The notes below the pieces were generated by a model. That model searched no databases, was not told the DNA's origin, and saw nothing but the letters and a program-made list of their open reading frames with translations. From an uncultured delta proteobacterium (lineage in GTDB: Bacteria > Desulfobacterota > Zymogenia > Zymogenales > Zymogenaceae): 43,531 bases of DNA. Position 1 is the stretch's first letter. Each line of letters begins with the position of its first letter. Positions 9,784 to 19,632 of the stretch are shown one piece after another. Both the position numbers and the translations under genes were made by a program. The stretch covers positions 1 through 43,531 of the forward strand of contig CAWBYW010000037.1 of NCBI GenBank assembly GCA_963792965.1, written 5' to 3'.

Positions 9784-10500
9784 ATGAAGGGCAGAGATAT
9801 GAAATATTTCACGGACGACGATGACGACAAGCGCGTGAGGGACTACCGAAAGTCGCGCGACACGTACGATTTCAACCTGGAGCCGCGCCACGTGGCGCTG
9901 TTGGTGGTGGTGGGGGTTATCCTCGGCGTGCTGCTCTTTTCGGCGGGCTACATCACCGGAAAATCCCAGGGGCTCAAGGGGTTTGAGGTCGCCAAGGGAC
10001 CCGCGCCGGAAACGAATGTGGTGCCGACCCCCTCGACAACGGAGAACCCTCCGACGGATGCCGGCAAGCCGAACGTGGATTTCTACGATACGCTTGGCGG
10101 CGGCGGGGTCAAGACCGAGGAGCTCGGGAGCTCCAAGGTGCCCCAACCCGCCACCGGGACGCCAAAGCCCCCAACCGGGACGCCAAAGCCCCCGACCGGG
10201 ACGCCCAAGCCCCCGACCGAGGTCGTTAAGGCCCCCACCAAGCCTGCCGAGGAGACCAAAACCGCCCTTTTCTTCATCCAGATGATCACCACCAAGGATA
10301 AGAAGAAGGCCGACGATCTCGTCAAGTCCCTCAAGTCCGACGGCTACCCGGCCTACAGCAAGGTCCTCCCCGACGGCACTACCCGCGTGGGGATCAAGTG
10401 GTACAAGACCAAGGCGGAGGTGGAAAAAGTCCTCAAGGAGATCACGTCCAAGGATAAGTACAAGAGCTATAAGCCGGAGATCGGGTCGGGGTGGCAATAA
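9784..10500 (+). CDS. SPOR-domain cell division protein (FtsN/DedD-like)
   Basis: N-terminal TM helix, FYDTL motif, Pro/Thr-rich linker, C-terminal SPOR-like domain; typical position after argS. Confidence 0.85.
   Translation: MKGRDMKYFTDDDDDKRVRDYRKSRDTYDFNLEPRHVALLVVVGVILGVLLFSAGYITGKSQGLKGFEVAKGPAPETNVVPTPSTTENPPTDAGKPNVDFYDTLGGGGVKTEELGSSKVPQPATGTPKPPTGTPKPPTGTPKPPTEVVKAPTKPAEETKTALFFIQMITTKDKKKADDLVKSLKSDGYPAYSKVLPDGTTRVGIKWYKTKAEVEKVLKEITSKDKYKSYKPEIGSGWQ
10153..10215 (+). repeat. 21-bp in-frame tandem repeat x3 (TGTPKPP)
   Basis: accgggacgccaaagccccc(a/g) repeated three times within the SPOR gene linker. Confidence 0.9.
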
Positions 10501-10508
10501 GTCATAAG

Positions 10509-10642
10509 TCACCCCACAAAAGCTGCGCTTTTGCGGGGGCCCCAATGACACCCCACGAAAACTTCGTTTTCGCGGGGACCCCATCAGAGAGGAGAGAGCG
10601 AGAACGAGTATAAGCCCGTAGGGGCGGCATATATGCCGCCCG
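10509..10642 (+). repeat. Composite intergenic repeat copy 2
   Basis: tcaccccacaaaagctgcgcttttgcgggggcccc (10509-10543), acaccccacgaaaacttcgttttcgcggggacccc (10548-10582), purine tract gagaggagagagcgagaacgag, REP gtaggggcggcatatatgccgcccg (10618-10642). Confidence 0.85.
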
Positions 10643-10684
10643 CAGACACTTTGTCCGTCTGACTTCTGCGAAGGAAAAGAACTA

Positions 10685-10891
10685 ATGCCGACCGTGATCA
10701 TCAACGCCGAGATATGCAAAGGATGTGAGCTCTGCGTGGAGGCCTGCCCGAGGAAGATCATCGTCATCGGGACAACCCCCAACGGCCAGGGCTATTTTAC
10801 CGCCGTCTACGAGGACACGGCAAAGAAGTGCACCGGGTGCGCGCTCTGCGCCGAGATGTGCCCCGATATCGCCATAGAGGTGTTCAAGTGA
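10685..10891 (+). CDS. 2x[4Fe-4S] ferredoxin, delta subunit of 2-oxoacid:ferredoxin oxidoreductase
   Basis: CKGCELCVEACP and CTGCALCAEMCP; overlaps the start of the alpha subunit. Confidence 0.93.
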   Translation: MPTVIINAEICKGCELCVEACPRKIIVIGTTPNGQGYFTAVYEDTAKKCTGCALCAEMCPDIAIEVFK

Positions 10892-11976
10892 GCGACCAAC
10901 AAGATAAAGCCCACAGCGTCGCGCGGGACCTGATCAAGGGCAACGAGGCGATCGCTATGGCGGCGCTCGACGCCGGCCTGAAGTTCTACTTCGGCTACCC
11001 CATCACGCCCCAGAACGACATTCCCGAATACCTCGCGTTTCACCTGCCCAAGGCCGGGGGGTCATTCATCCAGGCCGAGAGCGAGATCGCCTCGATCAAC
11101 ATGGTGCTCGGGGCCGCCGCCACGGGAAAGCGCGCCATGACCTCATCGTCGAGCCCGGGCATCTCGCTCATGCAGGAGGGGATTTCTTATATGGCCGGCA
11201 GCGAGATCCCGGGGGTGATCGTCAATATCTCCCGCAGCGGCCCGGGGCTCGGCGGCATTTCCCCCTCGCAGGGCGACTACTTCCAGGCGACCCGCGGCGG
11301 GGGGCACGGGGACTACCGGGTCCTCGTCCTTGCGCCCAACTCCGTCCAGGAGATGTATGACCTCACGATTTTGGCCTTCGACCTTGCCGATACGTACCGA
11401 AACCCCGTCATGATCCTCGGAGACTCGATACTCGGCCAGATCAAGGAGCCCATGGTACGCCATAAAGAGATAGCGGCCCCACGCGACAAATCGTGGGCGC
11501 TCACCGGCGCGGACGGAAGGCCGCCGCAGAAGCTGAAATCCCTCTACCTGGCCGAGGGCGAGCTGACCGTTCACAACTGGAAGCTCAAGGAAAAATACGA
11601 CCGCATGTCTGCCGACGTCCGGTATGACACATACCTCGTCGACGACGCCAGGCTCATCGTCTCGGCCTTCGGCTCCGTCTCCCGGATCGTCAGGACCTCG
11701 ATTGACCGGGTCAGGGAAAAGGGAATGAAGGTGGGGCTCTTCCGCCCCATCACGCTCTTCCCGTTCCCGCACGATCCGATCATGGAGCTCTCCGGACGGG
11801 TCAAGGAGTTCTTCGTCGTGGAGCTCAACACCGGCCAGATGGTGGAGGACGTGAAGCTCTCGGCCATGGGGGACGCGCGGGTCGATTTCTTCGGCAACCC
11901 CCCGGGCTCGATCCCGTCGCCGGCCCAGCTCGAGGAGCTGATAGAGGAACGATATAAGAAAATCGGGACTTCATGA
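10888..11976 (+). CDS. vorB: 2-oxoacid:ferredoxin oxidoreductase alpha subunit (VorB-like)
   Basis: KGNEAIA, FGYPITPQ, QAESEIA, TSSSSPGISL, RGGGHGDY; GTG start at 10888 overlaps the ferredoxin stop. Confidence 0.9.
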   Translation: MSDQQDKAHSVARDLIKGNEAIAMAALDAGLKFYFGYPITPQNDIPEYLAFHLPKAGGSFIQAESEIASINMVLGAAATGKRAMTSSSSPGISLMQEGISYMAGSEIPGVIVNISRSGPGLGGISPSQGDYFQATRGGGHGDYRVLVLAPNSVQEMYDLTILAFDLADTYRNPVMILGDSILGQIKEPMVRHKEIAAPRDKSWALTGADGRPPQKLKSLYLAEGELTVHNWKLKEKYDRMSADVRYDTYLVDDARLIVSAFGSVSRIVRTSIDRVREKGMKVGLFRPITLFPFPHDPIMELSGRVKEFFVVELNTGQMVEDVKLSAMGDARVDFFGNPPGSIPSPAQLEELIEERYKKIGTS

Positions 11977-11990
11977 TGTCCCGGTGAGAG

Positions 11991-12017
11991 AAACCCCGGC
12001 ACTGCCGGGGTTTTTTT
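11991..12017 (+). terminator. Rho-independent terminator after vorB
   Basis: aaaccccggc-act-gccggggttt followed by a T run. Confidence 0.85.
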
Positions 12018-12060
12018 GTGGGCGCGGCAGGCGCCCGGCCGCCCGCACCGCCGCATTGTG

Positions 12061-12089
12061 TTGACTAATGCGCCAATACCGATTACAAT
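12061..12089 (+). promoter_or_regulatory. Putative sigma70 promoter for the CoA-transferase-GNAT cluster
   Basis: TTGACT-N17-TACAAT, ~50 bp upstream of the ATG at 12142. Confidence 0.65.
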
Positions 12090-12141
12090 AAAAAACAATA
12101 CGCACTGTTTTCACGCCAATTCCCAGACCAGGGGGCCGACC

Positions 12142-14019
12142 ATGATGAACCTCCAATCCCTCAAGAAGACCTATCCCGACAAGTTTACGACTGAGGACGA
12201 GGTATTTTCGCACATTCACCGGGGCGACCGGATATTCATCAGCACGGGGTGCGGGGAGCCGCAGTATTTAGTTGGTGCGCTGATCAAGTACGTTGAGTCT
12301 CACCCGAAGGCGGTGTTTGACGCGGAGGTCTTTCACGTCTGGACGCTGGGGGTGGCGCCGTACACGGACGAGAAGTTCAAGTACAATTTTCGGCACAACT
12401 CATTTTTCATTGGGAACGACACGCGGGGCGCGGTGAACCGGGGGGGCGCGGACTACACGCCGATCTTTCTTTCGCAGGTGCCGGACCTTTTGGACCGGCG
12501 GATGATCCCGGTGGACGTGGCGCTGATCCAGACGTCGCTTCCGGACGCGCACGGGTACGTGAGCCTGGGGGTGAGCGTGGATATCGTGAAGGCGGCGGTC
12601 CAGAACGCGACGACGGTGATTGCGCAGGTGAACGCGCGGATGCCGCGTGTTCACGGGGACGGGTTCATCCACCTTGACATCATCGATTTCATCATCGCGC
12701 ACGACGAGGAGCTGTTGGAGTACGAGGACACGACGCCGGACGACATCGCGCAGGCGATCGGGCGGTACGTGTCGCGGATTGTGCGGGACGGGGACACGAT
12801 CCAGGTGGGGTACGGGAGCCTGCCGAACGCGATCATAGCGAACCTTGAGAACAAGGAGCACCTCGGGGTGCACACGGAGCTCTTCACGGACGGGATCGCG
12901 CAGCTGATGAAGAAGGGAGTGATCGACAACTCGAAGAAGACCGTTGACCGGGGGAAGACCGTGACGACGTTTTGCATGGGGAGGCGACCGACGTACGACT
13001 TCATTGACGACAACCCGTCGATCGAGTTTCGGACGGTGGACTACACGAACGATCCTCTGGTGATATCGCAGCACCGGAACATGGTGGCGATCAACAGCGC
13101 GCTGGAGGTGGACCTGACGGGACAGGCGACGGCGGAGTCGATCGGGACGACGTTTTACAGCGGGATCGGGGGGCAGGCGGACTTCATGCGGGGCGCGGTG
13201 CTGTCCCCGGGTGGCAAGACGATATTAGCGCTGGCGTCGACGGCGGAGGGGGGGAAGGTATCGCGTATCGTGCCGTTCTTGAGGGAGGGCGAGGGGGTGA
13301 CGCTGAACCGGGGTGACATCCACTACGTGGTGACGGAGTACGGGATCGCGTATCTCCACGGCAAGAACATCCGGGAGCGCGCCATGGAGCTGATCGCGAT
13401 CGCGCATCCGGACTTCCGGTCGGGGCTGGTGGAGGAGGCCAGGAAGAATAACCTGATCTATAAGGATCAGGCGTTCATACCGGGGAAGGAGGGGGAGTAT
13501 CCGGAGCACCTGGAGATCTACCGGACGACGAAGGACGGGATGACGATCTTCCTGAGGCCGGTGAAGATCAGCGACGAGCCCCTCCTCAAAGACTTCTTCT
13601 ACGACCTCTCGGATAAGAGCCTGTATCGGCGGTTCTTCAGCCTGCGCAAAGACATGCCCCACGAGCGGCTCCAGAGCTACGTCGTCATCGACTACACCAA
13701 GGAGATCGTGATCCTTGCCTCGATGACGAGGGATGAAAAAGAGATCATCACGGGGATGGGACAGTATATCATAGAGGAGAACTCGCTCACGGCCGAGGCG
13801 GCGTTCCTGGTCAAGGATGAGTACCAGAACCGCGGCATCGGGACGGAGATCCTCCAGTACCTTACCTATCTCGCCAAGCGGCGTGGCCTCACGGGGTTCA
13901 CGGCGGAGGTCCTCATTGAGAACAAGCCCATGATACACGTCTTCGAGAAGACCGGGTTCGACATCGAGAAACGCGGTGCCGAGGGGGTCTACGAGATGAA
14001 GATGAGTTTCATCGATTAG
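12142..14019 (+). CDS. Acetyl-CoA hydrolase/transferase fused to C-terminal GNAT acetyltransferase (copy 1)
   Basis: GCGEPQ, SLGVSVD, TIQVGYG, HLGVHTELF, DLTGQATAES, SGIGGQADF; GNAT motif A YQNRGIG; start at ATG 12142. Confidence 0.92.
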   Translation: MMNLQSLKKTYPDKFTTEDEVFSHIHRGDRIFISTGCGEPQYLVGALIKYVESHPKAVFDAEVFHVWTLGVAPYTDEKFKYNFRHNSFFIGNDTRGAVNRGGADYTPIFLSQVPDLLDRRMIPVDVALIQTSLPDAHGYVSLGVSVDIVKAAVQNATTVIAQVNARMPRVHGDGFIHLDIIDFIIAHDEELLEYEDTTPDDIAQAIGRYVSRIVRDGDTIQVGYGSLPNAIIANLENKEHLGVHTELFTDGIAQLMKKGVIDNSKKTVDRGKTVTTFCMGRRPTYDFIDDNPSIEFRTVDYTNDPLVISQHRNMVAINSALEVDLTGQATAESIGTTFYSGIGGQADFMRGAVLSPGGKTILALASTAEGGKVSRIVPFLREGEGVTLNRGDIHYVVTEYGIAYLHGKNIRERAMELIAIAHPDFRSGLVEEARKNNLIYKDQAFIPGKEGEYPEHLEIYRTTKDGMTIFLRPVKISDEPLLKDFFYDLSDKSLYRRFFSLRKDMPHERLQSYVVIDYTKEIVILASMTRDEKEIITGMGQYIIEENSLTAEAAFLVKDEYQNRGIGTEILQYLTYLAKRRGLTGFTAEVLIENKPMIHVFEKTGFDIEKRGAEGVYEMKMSFID

Positions 14020-15520
14020 GACGGCCATGGTTTTTAGCGGCGCAAAGATTATCGGAAAATTACAGTCGGCCTATCCCGACAAGTTTACGACTGAGGACGA
14101 GGTATTTTCGCACATTCACCGGGGCGACCGGATATTCATCAGCACGGGGTGCGGGGAGCCGCAGTATTTAGTTGGTGCGCTGATCAAGTACGTTGAGTCT
14201 CACCCGAAGGCGGTGTTTGACGCGGAGGTCTTTCACGTCTGGACGCTGGGGGTGGCGCCGTACACGGACGAGAAGTTCAAGTACAATTTTCGGCACAACT
14301 CATTTTTCATTGGGAACGACACGCGGGGCGCGGTGAACCGGGGGGGCGCGGACTACACGCCGATCTTTCTTTCGCAGGTGCCGGACCTTTTGGACCGGCG
14401 GATGATCCCGGTGGACGTGGCGCTGATCCAGACGTCGCTTCCGGACGCGCACGGGTACGTGAGCCTGGGGGTGAGCGTGGATATCGTGAAGGCGGCGGTC
14501 CAGAACGCGACGACGGTGATTGCGCAGGTGAACGCGCGGATGCCGCGTGTTCACGGGGACGGGTTCATCCACCTTGACATCATCGATTTCATCATCGCGC
14601 ACGACGAGGAGCTGTTGGAGTACGAGGACACGACGCCGGACGACATCGCGCAGGCGATCGGGCGGTACGTGTCGCGGATTGTGCGGGACGGGGACACGAT
14701 CCAGGTGGGGTACGGGAGCCTGCCGAACGCGATCATAGCGAACCTTGAGAACAAGGAGCACCTCGGGGTGCACACGGAGCTCTTCACGGACGGGATCGCG
14801 CAGCTGATGAAGAAGGGAGTGATCGACAACTCGAAGAAGACCGTTGACCGGGGGAAGACCGTGACGACGTTTTGCATGGGGAGGCGACCGACGTACGACT
14901 TCATTGACGACAACCCGTCGATCGAGTTTCGGACGGTGGACTACACGAACGATCCTTTGGTGATATCGCAGCACCGGAACATGGTGGCGATCAACAGCGC
15001 GCTGGAGGTGGACCTGACGGGACAGGCGACGGCGGAGTCGATCGGGACGACGTTTTACAGCGGGATCGGGGGGCAGGCGGACTTCATGCGGGGCGCGGTG
15101 CTGTCCCCGGGTGGCAAGACGATATTAGCGCTGGCGTCGACGGCGGAGGGGGGGAAGGTATCGCGTATCGTGCCGTTCTTGAGGGAAGGCGAGGGGGTGA
15201 CGCTGAACCGGGGTGACATCCACTACGTGGTGACGGAGTACGGGATCGCGTATCTCCACGGCAAGAACATCCGGGAGCGCGCCATGGAGCTGATCGCGAT
15301 CGCGCATCCGGACTTCCGGTCGGGGCTGGTGGAGGAGGCCAGGAAGAATAACCTGATCTATAAGGATCAGGCGTTCATACCGGGGAAGGAGGGGGAGTAT
15401 CCGGAGCACCTGGAGATCTACCGGACGACGAAGGACGGGATGACGATCTTCCTGAGGCCGGTGAAGATCAGCGACGAGCCCCTCCTCAAAGACTTCTTCT
15501 ATGACCTCTCGGATAAGAGC
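12170..15520 (+). repeat. ~1451-bp near-identical direct repeat (12170-13620 vs 14070-15520)
   Basis: Offset of exactly 1900 bp; by eye only three synonymous differences (13057/14957, 13287/15187, 13602/15502). Confidence 0.93.
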
Positions 15521-15919
15521 ATCTACCGCCGATTCTTCATCAACCTGATCTCCATGCCGCACGAGAAGCTGCAGAAATTCGTGGTGATCGACCACACGAG
15601 GGAGGCCGTCATCATGGCCGTCGTCGAGGAGGGAGGACACGAGCAGCTTGTCGGCATCGGCCAGTACGTCGTCGACCAGCTCTCCCTCACGGCGGAGGTG
15701 GCCTTCATGGTCCGCGACATCTACCAGAACCGCGGCGTCGGGACGGAGCTCTTGAGCTACCTGATGTACCTTGCCAAAAAACAGGGACTCTCGGGCTTCA
15801 CCGCTGAGGTGTTGCCGGAGAACACCCCGATGCTCCATATCTTCGAGGAAAACGGCTTCGAGCTGACCAGAAAGAGCCTCGGGGGCGTTCACATCCTCAA
15901 GCACAACTTTACCCCGTAG
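14027..15919 (+). CDS. Acetyl-CoA hydrolase/transferase-GNAT fusion (copy 2)
   Basis: Protein identical to copy 1 over the hydrolase domain; distinct GNAT C-terminus (YQNRGVG). Confidence 0.92.
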   Translation: MVFSGAKIIGKLQSAYPDKFTTEDEVFSHIHRGDRIFISTGCGEPQYLVGALIKYVESHPKAVFDAEVFHVWTLGVAPYTDEKFKYNFRHNSFFIGNDTRGAVNRGGADYTPIFLSQVPDLLDRRMIPVDVALIQTSLPDAHGYVSLGVSVDIVKAAVQNATTVIAQVNARMPRVHGDGFIHLDIIDFIIAHDEELLEYEDTTPDDIAQAIGRYVSRIVRDGDTIQVGYGSLPNAIIANLENKEHLGVHTELFTDGIAQLMKKGVIDNSKKTVDRGKTVTTFCMGRRPTYDFIDDNPSIEFRTVDYTNDPLVISQHRNMVAINSALEVDLTGQATAESIGTTFYSGIGGQADFMRGAVLSPGGKTILALASTAEGGKVSRIVPFLREGEGVTLNRGDIHYVVTEYGIAYLHGKNIRERAMELIAIAHPDFRSGLVEEARKNNLIYKDQAFIPGKEGEYPEHLEIYRTTKDGMTIFLRPVKISDEPLLKDFFYDLSDKSIYRRFFINLISMPHEKLQKFVVIDHTREAVIMAVVEEGGHEQLVGIGQYVVDQLSLTAEVAFMVRDIYQNRGVGTELLSYLMYLAKKQGLSGFTAEVLPENTPMLHIFEENGFELTRKSLGGVHILKHNFTP

Positions 15920-15943
15920 CGGCCTTGTCGTCAGGGTTTGACC

Positions 15944-17816
15944 GTGAGCAGAGCCGGTGAGATAAAGAAGAAGTACGCCGATAAGCTCCGGCCCATCGAC
16001 GAGGTCTTCTCCCACGTCCATCGCGGGGACCGGATCTTCATCGGCGGCGGGTGCGGAGAGCCCCAGTATCTGGTGTCGTCCTTTATCGAGCATGCGCGCT
16101 CTCACCCCTCGTCCGTTTCACGAAATCACGTCTATTGCCTCTATTGTTTCGGCGTTACGCCCCGCACAGAGGACCCGTTTGACGAGAACTTCCGTCGGAA
16201 TATCTTTTTCATCGGGCGCGACAGCCGCGATTGCGTCGCCAAAGCGGAGCGCGGACTACAGTCCGATCTTCCTCTCCCAACTGCCCACGTATCTTAAAAG
16301 CCGCATGGTCCCGTTTGACTGCGCCGTCATCCAGGTATCACCCCCCGACGACTACGGGTACGTGAGCTTAGGTGTCAGCGTCGACGTCACCAAGGCGGCG
16401 GTGAAGAATGCGCGGCTCGTCATCGCCCAGATGAACGCCCGGGTGCCGAGGGTGCACGGCGACGGGTTTGTCCACATCAATGATATCGATTTCGTCATCC
16501 CGCACGACGAGGAGCTGCTCGAGTACCAGGAGAAGACGCCGGACGACATCGCCCGCGCGATCGGAAGGTACGTGTCGCAGATCGTCCGTGACGGCGACAC
16601 GATCCAGGTGGGGTACGGAAGCCTGCCCGACGCCATCGTCTCGCATCTCGGCGAAAAGCGGCACCTCGGGGTGCATACGGAGCTCTTGACCGACGGGCTG
16701 GTGTCTCTGATCAAGAGGGGGGTCGTGGACAACACCGCGAAAGGAATTGACCCCGAAAAGAGCGTCGTGAGCTTCTGTATGGGCACCCGCCCCACCTACG
16801 ACTATGTCCACGAAAACCCCACGATCGACTTCAGGACGAGCGACTATACCAATAATCCGCTCGTGATCGCCCGTCTCCGCAATATGACCGCCATCAACAC
16901 GGCCCTTGCCGTCGACCTGACGGGGCAGGCCTCGGCGGAGTCGATCGGTGATTCGTTTTACAGCGGGATCGGGGGGCTGGCCGATTTCATGCGGGGGGCG
17001 GTGCTCTCGCGGGGCGGCAGGACGATCCTGGCGCTGGCCTCCACGGCGGAAAGCGGCGCGGTTTCGCGCATCGTCCCGTTTTTGCCCGAGGGGGCGGGGG
17101 TGACGCTGAACCGTGGGGACGTCCACTACGTCGTGACGGAGTACGGGATCGCCTACCTTGCCGGAAAGAACATCCGGGAGCGGGCGATGGAGCTCATCGG
17201 GATCGCCCATCCTGATTTTCGCTCGCGGCTCGTGGAAGAGGCGCGGCAAAGGAGCCTGGTCTACCGGGACCAGGCCTTCATCACGGGAGAGGCGGGGCAG
17301 TACCCCGAGCAGCTCGAGCGATACCGGACGACGAGGACGGGGTTGACGATCCTCTTCCGGCCGGTGAAGATCAGCGACGAGCCCCTCCTCAAGGACTTCT
17401 TCTATAACCTCTCGCCGGAAAGCCTCTACAAGCGCTTCTTTTCCCGCCGCCAGGACATGCCCCACGAGATCCTCCAGCGCTTTTCGGTCATCGACTATAC
17501 GAAGGAAATGATCGTCCTGATAACGATCAGACAAGATGAAAAAGAGATCGTCATCGGGATGGGCCAGTACAAGGTCAACGAGGATACGCGCACGGCCGAG
17601 GCCGCCATGGTCATCCGCGACGATTTCCAGAACCAGGGGGTCGGGACGGAGCTCGCTAACCACCTCGTCTTCCTGGCCAGGCGCCAGGGGCTGGTCGCGT
17701 TTACCGCCGACGTCTTCGAGGACAACTCCCCCATGCTCAGGATCTTCGAGAAGTCCGGGTTCGACATGGAGAGGAAAAGCGAGTATGGGGTCTTCAGGCT
17801 GAGGATGAATTTCTAA
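15944..17816 (+). CDS. Acetyl-CoA hydrolase/transferase-GNAT fusion (copy 3, diverged), +1 frameshift near 16241-16243
   Basis: N-terminal part in ORF 15938..16297 (DEVFSHVHRGDRIF, GCGEPQ); remainder in 16092..17816; deleting one A gives CVAKRSADYSPIF, aligning with AVNRGGADYTPIF. Confidence 0.88.
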
Positions 17817-17899
17817 AGAAAGGGGGTTCTGACGACCACGAGGGAGCGCTAGAGCGATTCGGGCGGCGTTCGAGCCTACCGATTTCGGTAACTCCCCGA

Positions 17900-18538
17900 T
17901 CAGAAATTCACGAAGGGATTATTCTCCCGCTCGATCTTGACCGTCGAGGTCGGGGTGGGGCCGTAGTTGTGGCCGGGCAGGATTACGGTGTCGTCGGGGA
18001 GCGTCATGATGCGCTCCTTGATCGACTTCATCATGGTCTTCATCGACCCGCCGGGGAGGTCGGTCCTTCCGACACCGCCGACAAAGAGGGTATCCCCGGT
18101 GAAGAGATATTTTGCGCCGTCATAGAGGCAGATGCTGCCGGGGGAGTGCCCGGGGGTATGGATAACGGAGAGTTTCTCATTTCCGATGGCAATGGTGTCG
18201 TTATCGGCCACGGTGATGTCCGCCTTCGGGGACTGCTTTCCCCCGAACATGGCCAGAAACGCCTTGCCGGCGAGGCTGGTCAGCCACGATGCCTCGGCCT
18301 CGTGGATGACGATTTTTGCCCCGGTCGCGCCCACGATGTCGGCGTTTCCCGAGATGTGGTCGGGGTGGGCGTGGGTATTGATAATATATTGTATGGTAAG
18401 GCCGAGCGTCTTTGCCTCGGCCAGGATCGGCTCGGCATCACCCGCCGGGTCGATGAGGGCGGCATTCTTTGTGGTCGGGCACCCGACGATATAGCAGAAA
18501 ACCGCAAGCCCCCCAACCTCCATCTGTTTGACGATCAT
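17900..18538 (-). CDS. MBL-fold metallo-hydrolase (glyoxalase II-like)
   Basis: THAHPDH, HTPGHSPG, FTGDTLF and LPGH motifs. Confidence 0.93.
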   Translation of the reverse strand: MIVKQMEVGGLAVFCYIVGCPTTKNAALIDPAGDAEPILAEAKTLGLTIQYIINTHAHPDHISGNADIVGATGAKIVIHEAEASWLTSLAGKAFLAMFGGKQSPKADITVADNDTIAIGNEKLSVIHTPGHSPGSICLYDGAKYLFTGDTLFVGGVGRTDLPGGSMKTMMKSIKERIMTLPDDTVILPGHNYGPTPTSTVKIERENNPFVNF

Positions 18539-18633
18539 CGCTTCACTCCATCGGCTCGTGGATATAAAAATCTATTATAACCGATCGATTGTGCCCGCGC
18601 AACGGTAATCGGGCCGCCTTTGTCTTGCCCTCC

Positions 18634-18662
18634 TTGACAAAGAGAGAGTGCGGCGGTACGAT
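18634..18662 (+). promoter_or_regulatory. Putative sigma70 promoter
   Basis: TTGACA-N17-TACGAT upstream of the 18740 gene. Confidence 0.6.
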
Positions 18663-18739
18663 AAATAAGGCGGGTGCGCGCAGGGAACGATGCGCGGCAT
18701 ATGACATGGCCGAATTCTCTCGGCAGGGGTCGTGAAAAG

Positions 18740-19075
18740 ATGGCGAAGATACGGATCAGCCTCGGAAACTGGATAGGAGCGGACGACCCTCCCATCGACG
18801 TCGAGCCCGGCTCGCCCGACTGGGAGGCCATCTGTAACCGTTGCGGGGAGTGTTGTTTCGAGCAGCTGTTCGACCAGGACGATAAGCTGTTGGCCTCCAC
18901 GATGTGCGAGTACCTCGATCCGGTGACCAGGCTCTGCACCGTCTATGAGCGGCGCTTTGAGATCTGCGACGACTGCATCAAGCTCACGGACAAAAACCTC
19001 CCGAACTTCGACTGGCTCCCGGACACGTGCGGCTACGTGGTCCGATTCGGCATCAGGAATAAGGGAAAGAAGTAA
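18740..19075 (+). CDS. YcgN/UPF0260-like CxxCxxCC cysteine-cluster protein
   Basis: WEAICNRCGECC, CEYLD...CTVYERR...DCIKL, WLPDTCGY. Confidence 0.85.
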   Translation: MAKIRISLGNWIGADDPPIDVEPGSPDWEAICNRCGECCFEQLFDQDDKLLASTMCEYLDPVTRLCTVYERRFEICDDCIKLTDKNLPNFDWLPDTCGYVVRFGIRNKGKK

Positions 19076-19217
19076 TCGGGTCGCCGTCCTCACAAGTCGC
19101 CGAGCCTCTATCCTATTTGAGACGTATTTACCCTCCCTTTTTATGGGGGGGCTTATTATTTTATTTGCCGACCTCGCCCTTTTTCGATACTATAGACCAA
19201 TACCCATCGGAGGCGCC

Positions 19218-19568
19218 GTGCACGAACTCCCGATCACCGAGGATATCCTGAGGATCGCGCTGACCCACGCCGAAAAGAACGGGGCAAAACGAATCGTGAA
19301 GATCAACCTCGTCATCGGGGAGCTGACCGACCTCATCGACGAATGGGTCCAGAGGTACTTCGAGTACCTGGCCAAGGAGACGATCGCGGCACACGCCACG
19401 CTCGTCATCGAGCGGGTGCCGATCACCGTGATGTGCCCGAAGTGCAAAAAGACCTTCGAGGTGGACAAAAAGACGCTCGACTTCAACTGTCCCGTCTGCG
19501 GGACAAAGGGGACGGAGCTGGTTAAGTGGGAGGGAGTTTACGGTCAAGAGCATCGAGATAGAGTATGA
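19218..19568 (+). CDS. hypA: Hydrogenase maturation nickel metallochaperone HypA (frameshift near 19522-19527; true stop uncertain)
   Basis: GGAGG RBS then GTG-HEL; IGELT; CPKC and CPVC; the canonical C-terminus GREFTVKSIEIE lies in the +1 frame. Confidence 0.9.
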   Translation: MHELPITEDILRIALTHAEKNGAKRIVKINLVIGELTDLIDEWVQRYFEYLAKETIAAHATLVIERVPITVMCPKCKKTFEVDKKTLDFNCPVCGTKGTELVKWEGVYGQEHRDRV

Positions 19569-19632
19569 GACTTGCCGGGAGGATACGTCCTCCCCCGTAT
19601 CAGGCAGAAACTATCAGACCAAGGAGACACCC

